Shown piece after piece: positions 1-11,295 of a stretch of 64,000 nucleotides of DNA. The stretch's first letter is position 1. Each line of letters opens with the position of its first letter. The stretch comes from Octopus vulgaris. Its lineage: Eukaryota. The DNA is taken from NCBI GenBank assembly GCA_951406725.2, contig OX597822.1, positions 58,528,001 to 58,592,000 of the forward strand, in the 5' to 3' direction. The notes beneath the pieces were generated by a model. That model searched no databases. It was not told the origin of the DNA and saw nothing but the letters and a program-made list of their open reading frames with translations. The position numbers and the translations under genes were made by a program.

Positions 1-228
1 GTTACCGTGGTCTTTTCCGTAGGCTTTTCTTTCCACGGATAAACCTTATCTGTTCCCCCTTTACACTTTACATTTAACATTCGTGATGCACGATCCCTAT
101 TGATCGCTTTTTTTTTTACGATCCCTTTTAATCGAAAACCTATCCCCCCCTTTTCTCCCCCAAAAGAAAAGCTCTACTTTGTAATTTGTCCCCTCTGTGT
201 TCAGCCCTGTGTGGCTAATAAAGAAACA
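1..228 (+). mobile_element. 3' UTR fragment of an L1/Tx1-like non-LTR retrotransposon (same family as 46826-47024)
   Basis: Shares CGATCCCTATTGATC...CCCAAAAGAAAAGCTCTAC...CAGCCCTGTGTGGCTAATAAAGAAACA with 46826-47024 and resembles the 3' end after the ORF remnant at 41555-41990. Clade is inferred. Confidence 0.5.
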
Positions 229-317
229 TTTTGAAGGGAAACCGAGCGCTGTAGACTAAGGAGCTGGACGTGTATAATTATTACCGTACTCTTTGAGTAT
301 ACGCAAGATAAATTTGT

Positions 318-478
318 GGAGGCCCAGTGGTTAGGGCAGCGGACTCGCGGTCGGAGGATCGCGGTTTCGATTCTCAGACCGGACGTTGTTTGTGTTTATT
401 GGGCTAAACACAGAGGGGACAAGCAAGGACAGACAAACGGATTAAGTCGATTATATCGGCCCCAGTGCGTAACTGGGG
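318..478. mobile_element. tRNA-derived SINE head (family S4, +) fused to an S2 SINE tail (-)
   Basis: GGCCCAGTGGTTAGGGCAGCGGACTCGCGGTC..GGTTTCGATTC (A/B boxes) matches 52076-52200; 405-478 is the reverse complement of the S2 tail. Confidence 0.65.
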
Positions 479-789
479 ATCTTTTCTAAAAGAAGGCCAG
501 ATTTTTCTAGTTAACTAAATAATTTGAAACTTCGTATACTGGTAGAATGTGTCAAAAGAAAACATTAATTTCAATTAGTTTTTTGGAGAAAAATGTATTT
601 TCTAACTTTTACGTAGTTTAATTCTTCGAATTTTAACCAATCGTATTCTCTATTTTGACCTCAATTCATTTACTGCCGTGTTATTCATCCTTATCAGTCT
701 TCTGTTATCTGTCTTCAAAGGCTTGTTTATTTCAATGTCATCCCTGACTTACGGACCGATTACCTGTGTGTGTGTGTTTTTGTTGTGTA

Positions 790-820
<31 letters not shown>

Positions 821-1489
821 GTGTTTGTTGTGTATGTGTGTGCGTGTGTGTGTTTGTTGTGTGTGTGTGTTATTGTTGTGTATGCGTGTGTGTGTTTTTT
901 TGTTGTGTATGTGTGCGTGTGTGTGTGTGTCTTTACAAGACACGCACACATACACAACAAGCACACACACATACACAACAATAACACACATGCATACACA
1001 TATACGAAGGCTTCTACACGTTTCCCTCCCTCCATTAATTTCACTCATAAGGTACTAGTCACCCCGGAGCTATCGTAGAAGAAATCCTACCCCAAATGCG
1101 GCGTATTTATGAGCAAAGCGAACGTCTTAACTGCACAGCCTCCCCTGCTGCCTATGACATCTTTTGCAAAAAGAGGGCAGTAGATAGAGCGCCGAATGAA
1201 ATGTCTTGTGGAGTTTGTTCCGGCTCTTAATGCAGTGAGTTTAAACCGTACCTAAGTCAACGATGCCCCCTTCATCCTCCACTGGGGTCGACAAAATGAA
1301 GTAGCAATCAATCAAGTACTGTAATCAATAAAATCGACTAATCCCATTACCCCACAAATCTTCTTGCTTTGTGTTGAGGTAAGATATCACTAATATCCGA
1401 AGATCTTCACCAACTTTATAGGATTCTACTGTTTCACATTGTCCTGCAAGGCACACCTACAGTGTGTATAAAATTTACAATTAAATATA

Positions 1490-1686
1490 CAACAGTTAAT
1501 ACACTACAGCCTCACCAGTCAACAAACTACACTCACATAAGTCAACAAACTTTAGTCAACACATTACAATCACACCAGTGAATACACTACAGTTACAACT
1601 GCCAATACATTTTTGTCAACATGCTACAGTCGCACCAGTCAACAAACTTTAGTCACACTAGTCACTACAGTACGAAATCACTACAG
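1490..1686 (+). repeat. Degenerate ~24-bp minisatellite (ACACTACAGTCACACCAGTCA-like) that resumes at 3671-3760
   Basis: Repeated CTACAG/CAGTCAAC units on both sides of the hAT insertion. Confidence 0.6.
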
Positions 1687-2014
1687 CAGTGGTTTTCAAC
1701 CATGTTTTTACCTTTGGATCTCTTTGATTTTCGTCCATAGCCATACGATGTATATAAAAAATAATCCTACTGTTTTATTTTATTAAATATTATTAGGAAT
1801 TCTTTTATTCTTCTATTCTTTTACTCGTTTCAGTCATTTGACTGCGGCTATGCTGGAGCACTGCCTTAAAAGGTTTTAATCGAAGAAACCGACACCAGGA
1901 CATATTCTTTGTAAAACTAGTACAGTGGTTCCCAACCTTTTCCCTACCAAGGCCCCCTTTTATTTAAATGAGTTTTCTCACTGACCCCTTTTAATTAGCT
2001 TATCCTTATATATG

Positions 2015-2070
<56 letters not shown>

Positions 2071-2209
2071 TACTTGGAGAAGAGAAATAACGCGTGCGTT
2101 CGGTCATATAATAATATAATAAATAAGTAAAATATATGCACATATACATACATATATGTACATACTTACATCTACTTACATCTACTTACATCTACATGTA
2201 TATATATAT

Positions 2210-2260
<51 letters not shown>

Positions 2261-2417
2261 TACAGGACACCACAAATAAACGTAGAACACAACGAGAGAC
2301 GAAAACATAAAATCAAACGAGGAAACAGACTTTTTTAAACAACGAAAAAACAAGGAAACGGACTTTTTTTAAAACAACGAAAAAACAGAGTACAAGACAA
2401 ACAATACAAGGAAAATT

Positions 2418-2479
2418 CCCCTTCATCAGCTGCCCCTGGTTCGACTCAATGCGTGTTTCGAAGGTAAGGGCAGAACACG
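2418..2479 (-). ncRNA. Hammerhead ribozyme, non-circularly permuted (copy A)
   Basis: Sense CGUGU-U-CUGCCCU-UAC-CUUC-GAAACACG-(15 nt)-GGGGCAG-CUGAUGA-A-GGGG. Stem III CGUGU/ACACG, stem I CUGCCCU/GGGGCAG, weak stem II GGGG/CUUC. Predicted cut after GUU (2474/2473). Confidence 0.75.
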
Positions 2480-2736
2480 GCCAGGCCGAAGCAATCCTTC
2501 TTGCAAAAGGAATTAAATAAAATTATTTTGCAGAGGGTAAAACAAGTGACAAGAACAGGACGTAAAAGCAATACAAATGAAGTAAAAACAGTAGAAAAAA
2601 CAGTTCAAATAAAGAAATAGGACAGGGAACCAACAATAAAGGCTTTTTTTGCCTAGACGGTGGAAAATTTAGTTAGAACGCATGTGAAAAATCGGCTTGC
2701 GAAGGACAGAGAAATCGATCTATACTTGTTGAAGCA

Positions 2737-2798
2737 CGTGTTCTGCCCTTACCTTCGAAACAGGCATTGAGTCGAACCAGGGGCAGCTGATGAAGGGG
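2737..2798 (+). ncRNA. Hammerhead ribozyme, non-circularly permuted (copy B)
   Basis: Same as copy A except GAAACAGG, giving one G-G mismatch in stem III. Confidence 0.7.
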
Positions 2799-3038
2799 AA
2801 TTTTCCTTGTATTGTTTGTCCTGTACTCTGTTTTTCCGTTGTTTTAAAAAAAGTCCGTTTCCTTGTTTTTTCGTTGTTTAAAAAAGTCCGTTTCCTCGTT
2901 TGATTTTATGTTTTCGTCTCTCGTTGTGTTCTACGTTTATTTGTGGTGTCCTGTACTTATATATATATGCATGTATATATACATGTAGATGTAAGTATGT
3001 ACATATATGTATGTATATATGCATATATTTTATTTATT

Positions 3039-3099
<61 letters not shown>

Positions 3100-3101
<2 letters not shown>

Positions 3102-3159
3102 ATTAACAGACGCTCAGGGAAGGGGAGAAGGTTGGTTTAACGTTTCGAGCAACGCTCTT

Positions 3160-3160
<1 letters not shown>
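3100..3160 (-). mobile_element. Truncated pLTR-like fragment with the 3' part of a minimal type I HHR
   Basis: Minus strand AAGAGC-GTT-GCTC-GAAACGTT-AAACC; the CUG start of the core is lost at the (CA)n junction; related to 21091-21128. Confidence 0.5.
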
Positions 3161-3195
<35 letters not shown>

Positions 3196-3272
3196 TTGTA
3201 TGTATGTATGCATGCATGCATGTATATATATGTATATATATGTATATATATATGTATATATATATACATATA

Positions 3273-3407
<135 letters not shown>

Positions 3408-4491
3408 GACGGGCTCCTTTCAGTTTCCGTCCACCAAATCCACTCACAAAGCTTTGGTTGGCTTGAGACTATAGTAGAAGATACTTGCTCAAGGTGCCAC
3501 AAAGTAGGACTGGACTCGGAACCATGTGGTTGGGAAGCAAGTTTCTTACCACACAGCTACGCCTGCATCTGTGTACAAAAGAAAGTGTTAAAATAAATTG
3601 CACATAAGTTTTATCAACAAACTCTTATATGGAACCTCAAGACTATATAGAGCCCGGTTGAGGACTACTGCACTACAGTCAACATATTTTAGTCAACACA
3701 CGGCTGTCAATTTACTAATCTTACCACAGTTTTACTACAGCCTGCACACCACAATCAACACGTTATTCTATCTCTCACACTCTTCTTTCGGACGCCATTT
3801 TGCTTCTATGTTCTTTCATTGATATTCGTAGTTCATTACTCACTTTCGTTCGCGAACATTTTTTGTTACTCTTTCTAAATTTTCGTCTTTCTTAATCATT
3901 CTTCATTTTGCATTCTCATTCATTCTTTCTTCATCTATCTCTTTATTTCCAACTGATTTTCTTTCTTTCTTTTTTAATACTCTTTATCTTCTTCACACTT
4001 TTTCTCAGTTATTCAAAATTTACACTCAGCTTTATTATTCTCTTTCTTAATCTTACACCTAAGATGCGTCTCTCGCTTTTATTCTTTTCTTTCTCTTTCT
4101 TCTTCTTTATATGCCCTCCCCATTATTTCTCCTTCCCTCTCGCTCTTTCCTTCCCTCCCTCTCTCTTTCTCCCCCTCTTTCAGTCTGTCTGTCCTTCTCT
4201 CTGTTTCTGTCTTTCTCTCTTTAATTTCGTCTACTCCTGATAGGTCGCATCTGTCTCTTTCATACTCCTGGTCGACCTAGTTCTCTCTCTCCCTCTCTCT
4301 CATTTTTTTATCTGCTCCCCACTAACACATTCTGTCTCACACCCTCTTTTGTCCTACATACGGCCTTATAAAAACACTAAAGTACATTATGTCATATTCT
4401 TCTGATTTCTCCCCACCTTCCCACACTACTTCCATCGGTCTGTTTTTCGTTCACTCGTTTCTCCTGTTTTTCTCATTCAACCCGACTGACA

Positions 4492-4492
<1 letters not shown>

Positions 4493-4568
<76 letters not shown>

Positions 4569-4573
4569 CATAC

Positions 4574-4605
<32 letters not shown>

Positions 4606-4619
4606 ATATCAATCCATAC

Positions 4620-4703
<84 letters not shown>

Positions 4704-4735
4704 ATATCTATCTATCTATCTATCTATATATATAT
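4493..4735 (+). repeat. (TATC)n microsatellite
   Basis: Direct reading. Confidence 0.95.
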
Positions 4736-5532
4736 AAACTTACTTGGAGGAAACGAAACGACGCGAGGGCGCTCAGTCATACAATAGTGTAATAAATAAA
4801 ATATATGCATACATACATACATATATGTACGTACCTACATCTACATGTATATATACATGCATATATAAATATATATACGTGAGTACAGGACACCACAAAT
4901 AGACGTAGAACTCAACGAGAAACGAAAACGTAAAAACAAACATGGAAACGGACCTTTTTTTTAACAACGAAAAAACAGATACAAGACAAACAACACAAGG
5001 AAAATTCCCCTTCATCAGCTGTCCCTAGTACGACTCCATGCGTGTTTCGAAGGTGAGGACAGAACACGACTCGTCGAACTAGCCCTTAAATAAAATTCCT
5101 TTGCAGAGGGGTAAAAACAAGGAATGAAAAAAATGTGACAAAACAGGACGTAAAAACGATACAAATAAAATTACAAAATAAAATACAAAATAAAAATACA
5201 ATTACAAAAAATACAGTACAAGAAATAAAAACAAACAAGAAAACAAACAATGAGGGCCTTTTCTGGCCTAGACGAGGAAAGATTTTCAAGAGCGCAGGAA
5301 GAAAGCGTGTTCACTGTTAGGAGGCCGCAAGCGAAAGGAAGTGGTCGCCTGGCTGTGAGAGAGATGAGGAGGAGTGAGAGAGAGAGAAAGAGAGAGGAAA
5401 GGAAACCAGAAAGGGTGAAAAAGAGAGACAGGCAAAGAGGAAGACAAGGAAGGAAGGGAAGGTCAAGCAAAGAGTTATAGAGTTTCGCGTCATAATTATA
5501 TATAAAAACTTACTTGGAGGAAACGAAACGAC
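4736..5532 (-). mobile_element. ~770-bp ORF-less HHR-bearing unit with a 27-bp terminal direct repeat (retrozyme/Penelope pLTR-like)
   Basis: AAACTTACTTGGAGGAAACGAAACGAC at 4736-4762 and 5506-5532; contains HHR copy C; homologous to 2066-2743 and 62720-63115. Confidence 0.75.
5007..5068 (-). ncRNA. Hammerhead ribozyme, non-circularly permuted (copy C)
   Basis: Sense CGUGU-U-CUGUCCU-CAC-CUUC-GAAACACG-(15 nt)-GGGACAG-CUGAUGA-A-GGGG; compensatory C-G to U-A change in stem I versus copy A. Confidence 0.75.
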
Positions 5533-5627
5533 AGCTAACTCGAATTTTTATTAAAACGGTATACCTTACATTTCAAATCATCAAAAGCAACAATAGTTAA
5601 ATAAATGTTGACTAGTGCACTAATATA

Positions 5628-6842
5628 TATATGCATAACAGAAGTAAATAGATACCTCATAAAACATTTTTTTGTTTTAACCTGAAAAGGTTTATATTTT
5701 TTAATAATTGACATTTCTTATGTTTCAGGTTCTATATGTGACTGCTTAATCATGCCACAAACAAAAGAAGCCTTGGAACTGTCTGAATTTCAAAGAGGCC
5801 GCATTGTGGGTCAGTCTGAAGGTGGAGTTAGCGTAAAATCGCAGAAAACCTTGGGACCTCGCTTTCTACAGTTTACAGAGAGATTGTACAATTCACCAGA
5901 GAGGGGAAGGAGTTCACATCACCTCGTCCAGGTCGACCAGAGCTCTCTGACAGGACTCGTCGCTTCGTTAGGAGCATAATCCTCATTGCAAAGCCTCTGA
6001 CATAGCAGTTGATGTCAGTCCTAGAGCAGCTGTCAGATATCTCCATAAACCTGGCTACTATAGCAGAGCAGCAAGAAGGAAGCCACTTCTTCGACCAGCC
6101 AATATCAAGCGGAGAAAAGGTTGGGCCAGTGAGATAGTGGAGAAGCGACTAGCAATTTGGGACACTGTCATATTCTCTGATGTGTCCAGATTTGCTGTAT
6201 TTTCTGACGATGGTCGAGGGCGGGTCTGGAGACCTTGTGATCAATAATTTGACATGAAAACAATGCAGCCAACAATGAAACACAGCAGCTATTCTGTGAT
6301 GGTCTGGGGAGCAATTTGGAGCAATGGTCGATCAGAGCTGGTGGAGTGTGAAGGAAACATAAACTGAGATAAGTGTCCATGCTGCAGAAAGGACTTCTTC
6401 CAATCTTCTCCAGTGGTGAAATGATTAAAGAAGACTCTAGTTATGAAAGATGTGGTTCCTTGTTACATGGTTAAAAAGACCCAAGATTGGTTGAAAAAGA
6501 ACGGCATTAAAAAGCTTACAGGGGCAAGCCAGTCACTAAATATGAACTCTATTGAACACCTCTGTGGCATAATGGACAGAACACTTCATAAAAAGAAAAA
6601 GAAAGCATCCTCAAAACCAGATCTTTTGAGATTACGCCATGAAATTTGGCAAGAAATTCCTCAAGAGAATATTCGTCATCTGATCAGTAGCATGCCTAAT
6701 GGAGTCCTTGCATTGAAAAATGCAAAGAGCATGTCTACTAAATATTAGATATTCACCTTATAGATAATTTGAATATATAATTTCAGATTTAAATAAATTT
6801 TAACGATTATAAGGGTGTCTATTTACTTCTGTCATGTCTGTG
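5628..6842 (+). mobile_element. Tc1-family DNA transposon, near full length, decayed
   Basis: Imperfect TIRs (..CATAACAGAAGTAAATAGATACC / GGGTGTCTATTTACTTCTGTCATG..) flanked by TA at 5626-5627 and 6843-6844. Confidence 0.9.
5752..6748 (+). pseudogene. Tc1 (DD34E-type) transposase pseudogene
   Basis: MPQTKEALELSEFQRGRIVG (paired-like HTH), AARRKPLL, VIFSDVSRF, MKDVVPCY, SQSLNMNSIEHL and terminal STKY; several stops and frameshifts. Confidence 0.9.
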
Positions 6843-6946
6843 TATATGTGTGCGTGCTTGTGCGTGCGTGAGTGCTTGTACGTGTGTGTTTGCATGCGTG
6901 CGTGCGTAGGTACTTACGTGCTTACCTACCTACCTATCTATATATC

Positions 6947-7037
6947 TATGTATGTCTATGTATGTATGTATGTATGTATGTATGTATGTATGTATGTATG
7001 TATGTATGTATGTATGTATGTATGTATGTATGTATCG

Positions 7038-7097
<60 letters not shown>

Positions 7098-7240
7098 GTC
7101 TGTCTGTCTGTCTGTCTATCTGTCTATCTGTCTACCTGTCTGTCTACCTGTCTGTCTATCTGTCTGTCTGTCTGTATCTACCTACCTACTTACCTATCTC
7201 CCTACCTACCTATCTATATCTGTCTATGTCTGTCTGTCTG

Positions 7241-7313
<73 letters not shown>

Positions 7314-7330
7314 GTCTACCTGTCTGTCTG

Positions 7331-7419
<89 letters not shown>

Positions 7420-7432
7420 GTCTACCTGTCTG

Positions 7433-7510
<78 letters not shown>
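6947..7510 (+). repeat. Compound (TATG)n/(TATC)n/(TGTC)n microsatellite
   Basis: Direct reading. Confidence 0.95.
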
Positions 7511-7639
7511 AATCCTTCAATCTAAACAATGTTCTTCATCTTGTCATTCTGACACTCTTTCCACTCCATCTTTCTCATTCCCTCTGTCTTTCTCTCTGAT
7601 TTCTCACCTCACCCCCATACATTTTTATGTCGATGACGA

Positions 7640-8575
7640 TGACCACCACCACCACCACAAGCAGCAGCAGCACCACCACCACCACCACCAGCAGTACCAT
7701 CACCACCACCGCCGCCGCCGCAGCCGCCGCCGCAGCCGCCGCCGCAGCCACCGCCGCAGCCGCCGCCGCAGCCGCCGCCGCAGCCGCCGCCGCCACCACC
7801 ACCACCACCACCACCACAACCACCACCATCGCGACAACTATCACGACCACTTCCACTACCACCAGCACCCCGCCACTGTTACAACCACCGCCACCAGCTC
7901 CACCAGCAGCTCCACCAGCAGCAGCAGCAGCAGCAACAGCGCATCAAAAACAACCATATGATCCACTCCTCCGTCGACCGCCACAGTCATCATCGTCACC
8001 ACCACCACGTCTCTCCTCTGGAGGTTGCAAACAGAGAGAAGCCAAACAAACGAAAGAAATATGTGCTTCCACCTATTTACATCGTTTCTTACCGGGGCCC
8101 CGTGGGTGGTGGTTCGCGTGCGCTACTCGTGTCGCCTCCGGAACAAGCTATTCACACGGTTCAAAACAGATAAAGAAGCGCGGGGAAACGTGAGGGGAGG
8201 GAGGAGGGGGAGATGTTTTTTTTTTTCCACGACTACCACACCACCACCACCAAAACCACCACCACCACAACCACCACCACCACCACCGCTTCTAACACTA
8301 CCACCACCGCCACTACCACCACCGCCACTACCACCACCACCTCCACCACCGCCACGACGACGACGACGACCACCACCACCACCACTACCACCATCAACAA
8401 AAACAACAATAACAACACCATCATCACAGCCAAAAACTCTCCCCGCCGCCGCCGCCGCCATCACCAGCATCATAGCAGGATTATCAGCCCCCACCCCTGC
8501 TACCGCAAACAAAAATAATAAAACCATCTTCATCCCCCACGAGCAGCAACAACAAGAACAACAATAACAACAAGC
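7640..8575 (+). repeat. Compound trinucleotide tracts (CAC/CGC/CAG/CAA) flanking a ~250-bp unique CpG-rich core
   Basis: Direct reading; unique core about 7945-8195. Confidence 0.85.
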
Positions 8576-8687
8576 AATGTTCTGAATCATCCGGGGGTGG
8601 GTGGGGGGTGGCTTTCTACACGGTTGCTCGGTCTGCAAGAAATAGCAGCCACGTCTCAACTCATGTTTCACCTCCTTAAGAAAAAGA

Positions 8688-8730
<43 letters not shown>

Positions 8731-8775
8731 ATACGTATAACCGCACACAGGTATGTACATTCATGCGCTGATATA

Positions 8776-9786
8776 TCTTTTTATATATAAAACTGAGAAT
8801 GTGTGTCTGTCTGTCTATGTGTTTCCCTAAAACTTGAGAACTACACAACCAATTTCATTCAAATTTTACACATGCCTTACTTAGGGCCCGGGGAGTGTCA
8901 TCGGCAAAAAAAATGTTCAACTTCTTGCCTAGAGCGAGCCCATAGCAATATCATATCTTCTCCACTATTTCAGTATTACGTGTTAAAAGTGAAACAAAAA
9001 CGTTTCTCTATTTTATGTCAGATACTTTCACTTTAACAATAAAAATAATAATAACAATTGAATTATATGTAGTAAGTAATAATTAAAATCAAACTAAAGT
9101 AACATAACAAAAGTAAAAATAGCAATTGGTATAAAATTGCATTAATGATTTGAACTTGAATAAGTGGTTTCACATGAATGGGAATAAATTAAAAATAAAA
9201 TTAGCGTGCAGAAATGGAATAGTCCAGATGGATAATAAAAAATTAAATTAAAGAAAATACTATTGTCTATAAAGTATACAATGTAGAGAAAAAAGAAGAT
9301 TTGGACACATGGAGGAAAGCACCATCGAAAAGTGTCTTGGTGCGACTATGAAAGGTATCTAATCAGAGGCGGTAAATTCACCACAATAGAAGCAAGGTTC
9401 GAGTCAACGGAGCGTGCAAAGGAGTACTCGACTCGAACTTACAAAGTGGAAATATCTTATTTTTACCTTTATATCTGGGACGTAGGACGTCCCGGAAAAA
9501 TTTTTTAATGCCATGAAGTAGAGGTAGGCTGGATTGTAGCCACACTTCTATACAAGAAGGAGGACAAGATACAATTGATCGAAATTACAAGAGACGGGCT
9601 AACAATTCCAGTCTGTTATATATTTTGAGTATTGTTATCACTAGCGATATCAAGATATAACTTTGTATTTTGTATTTTATGTGTAGATGTATATATATAG
9701 ATGTACATGTAATATGTACACATATATATACACATATATACATGCACTAGCACTATGACCCGGCAACGACGGGTCTTTAATGCTAG
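8776..9786 (+). mobile_element. Non-autonomous Helitron
   Basis: Starts A|TC (8776), has (TGTC)n near the 5' end, and ends with hairpin GACCCG-GCAACGA-CGGGTC (9757-9775) then CTAG|T (9783-9786); no TSD. Confidence 0.75.
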
Positions 9787-9829
9787 TACATAAATAAAAG
9801 GCGGGTACATGTATGCAAGAATGAATGTA

Positions 9830-10210
9830 TTATTCTTTTATTCTTTTACTTGTTTCAGCCATTTGACTGCGGCCATTCTGGAGCACCGCTTTTAGTAGAT
9901 CAAATCGACTCCAGGACTTACTCCCTGCACTTATTCTATCGGTACCTTTTGCCGAACCGCTAATTTACAGAGACGTAAGCACACCAGCATCGGTTGTCAA
10001 ACGATACTGGGGTCGGGACAAACACACAACCACAAACATGTATACATATATATATACGACAGGCTTCTTTCAGTTTCCGCCTACCAAATCCACTCACAAA
10101 ACTTTGGTCGGCCTAAGGCTTTAGCAGAAGACACTTGCCCAAGGTTCCACGCATTGGGGCTGAACCCGGAACTATGTGGTTGGGAAGCACGCTACCTACC
10201 ACACAACCAC
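9830..10210 (-). mobile_element. SINE family S1 (tRNA head, CORE-like CCTTGGGCAAGT, GTAAAAGA tail)
   Basis: Near full-length match to 37812-38213 and 57630-58066. Confidence 0.85.
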
Positions 10211-10266
10211 CCTGTATGTATGTATGCATGAATGCATGTATGCATGAATGAGTGTAGGTACGCATG

Positions 10267-10301
<35 letters not shown>

Positions 10302-10876
10302 ATGTATGTATACGTATAGGGATGCATATATGTGAGTATGTATGTATAAATGCATGCGTGCATGTATTCATGTATGTATGTGTGTATGTATATAAATAAG
10401 CTGAGTCGGGTGGGGGCAGAGGAGGAAAACAATCATTATTCGCTATGTCAGCTTTCGAGCTTATGTCTGAAGGTGTAAGGGTATGTATGTATGTGTGTGT
10501 GTGTATGTATGTATGTGTGTATATATATATATATGTGTGTATGTATGTATGTATGTATGTATGTATGTTTTTATGTATGTATGAATGTATGTATGTATGT
10601 GTTTGTATGAATGTACATATATGGCGGTGCCCCAGCAAAATGGCGGTGCCTCAGCATGGCCACTGCTTGTGAGCTGAAACTAAATAAATAAATATATATG
10701 TGTGTGTATGTATGTATATATGTGTGTATTTATGTATGTATGAATGCATGTATGCATGTGTTGGTATGAATGTACATATATATATGAGTATGTATGTATG
10801 CGTATATGTATGTGTACATAAGAATGTATATCTATGTATATGTGTATGTGTGTATGTATGTATTGGTATGTATATA

Positions 10877-11295
10877 TTAGGTCGTCCGGAAAGTTCTGAA
10901 TGTCCGGAAAGTTCTGAATATGCAAGAAGGGATATACTTCATGAACGGTACTTTTAGAAACTCCCAACTCCTCTGCAAGTTATCTTATCATGACATTTCA
11001 GTTTTCTTCGATTTTTGCCTTCAAAACATCTTCATCCAATTTTGAAGGTCTTCCACTGCAACTGCCATCTTCCAAGCTAAACGCTCCAGCTTTAAATTTT
11101 GTAAACCACCTTCGAACTGTCGAATCCCCTACAGCATTATCACCATAAACCTCACAAATGTTTTTGCAAGTCTTTGCAGCCTTTTCTCCTTTTTTATAAA
11201 GAAAAATATTACAACGCAAATATGAAATTTTTGGTTATCCATTTCAAATGTCAATAAGGAGTAACCAGAATGAATGATAAATCTATTTTTAGACC
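10877..11295 (-). mobile_element. Internally deleted mariner element (N-terminal transposase remnant)
   Basis: ATG at 11242: MDNQKFH..YKKGEKAAKTCKNICEVYGDNAVGDSTVRRWFTKFKAG..SGRPS..ELGVSKSTVHE, then directly a TIR-like end TA|TTAGGTCGTCCGGAAAG; the other TIR was not found. Confidence 0.75.

Larger units (their letters stand above)
2066..3048. mobile_element. Non-coding HHR-bearing retroelement (sense on - strand, 2066-2743) with an inverted partial duplicate (2737-3048, +)
   Basis: Homologous to 4736-5532 (AAACTTACTTGGAG end, GAGTACAGGACACCAC core); ~2111-2479 is the reverse complement of 2737-3048. Confidence 0.8.

Noticed and set aside
2752-2798. Reading the permuted HHR as an ordinary type II hammerhead (GAAAC..GUC then CUGAUGA)
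   Set aside because: No stem I hairpin forms between GUC and CUGAUGA, stem III would be only 2 bp, and copy D lacks that GUC; the CBA pairing fits all four copies.
6834-8567. Long poly-His/Arg/Pro/Ala/Thr ORFs
   Set aside because: They come from trinucleotide tracts open in several frames on both strands, with no domain or convincing splice structure.
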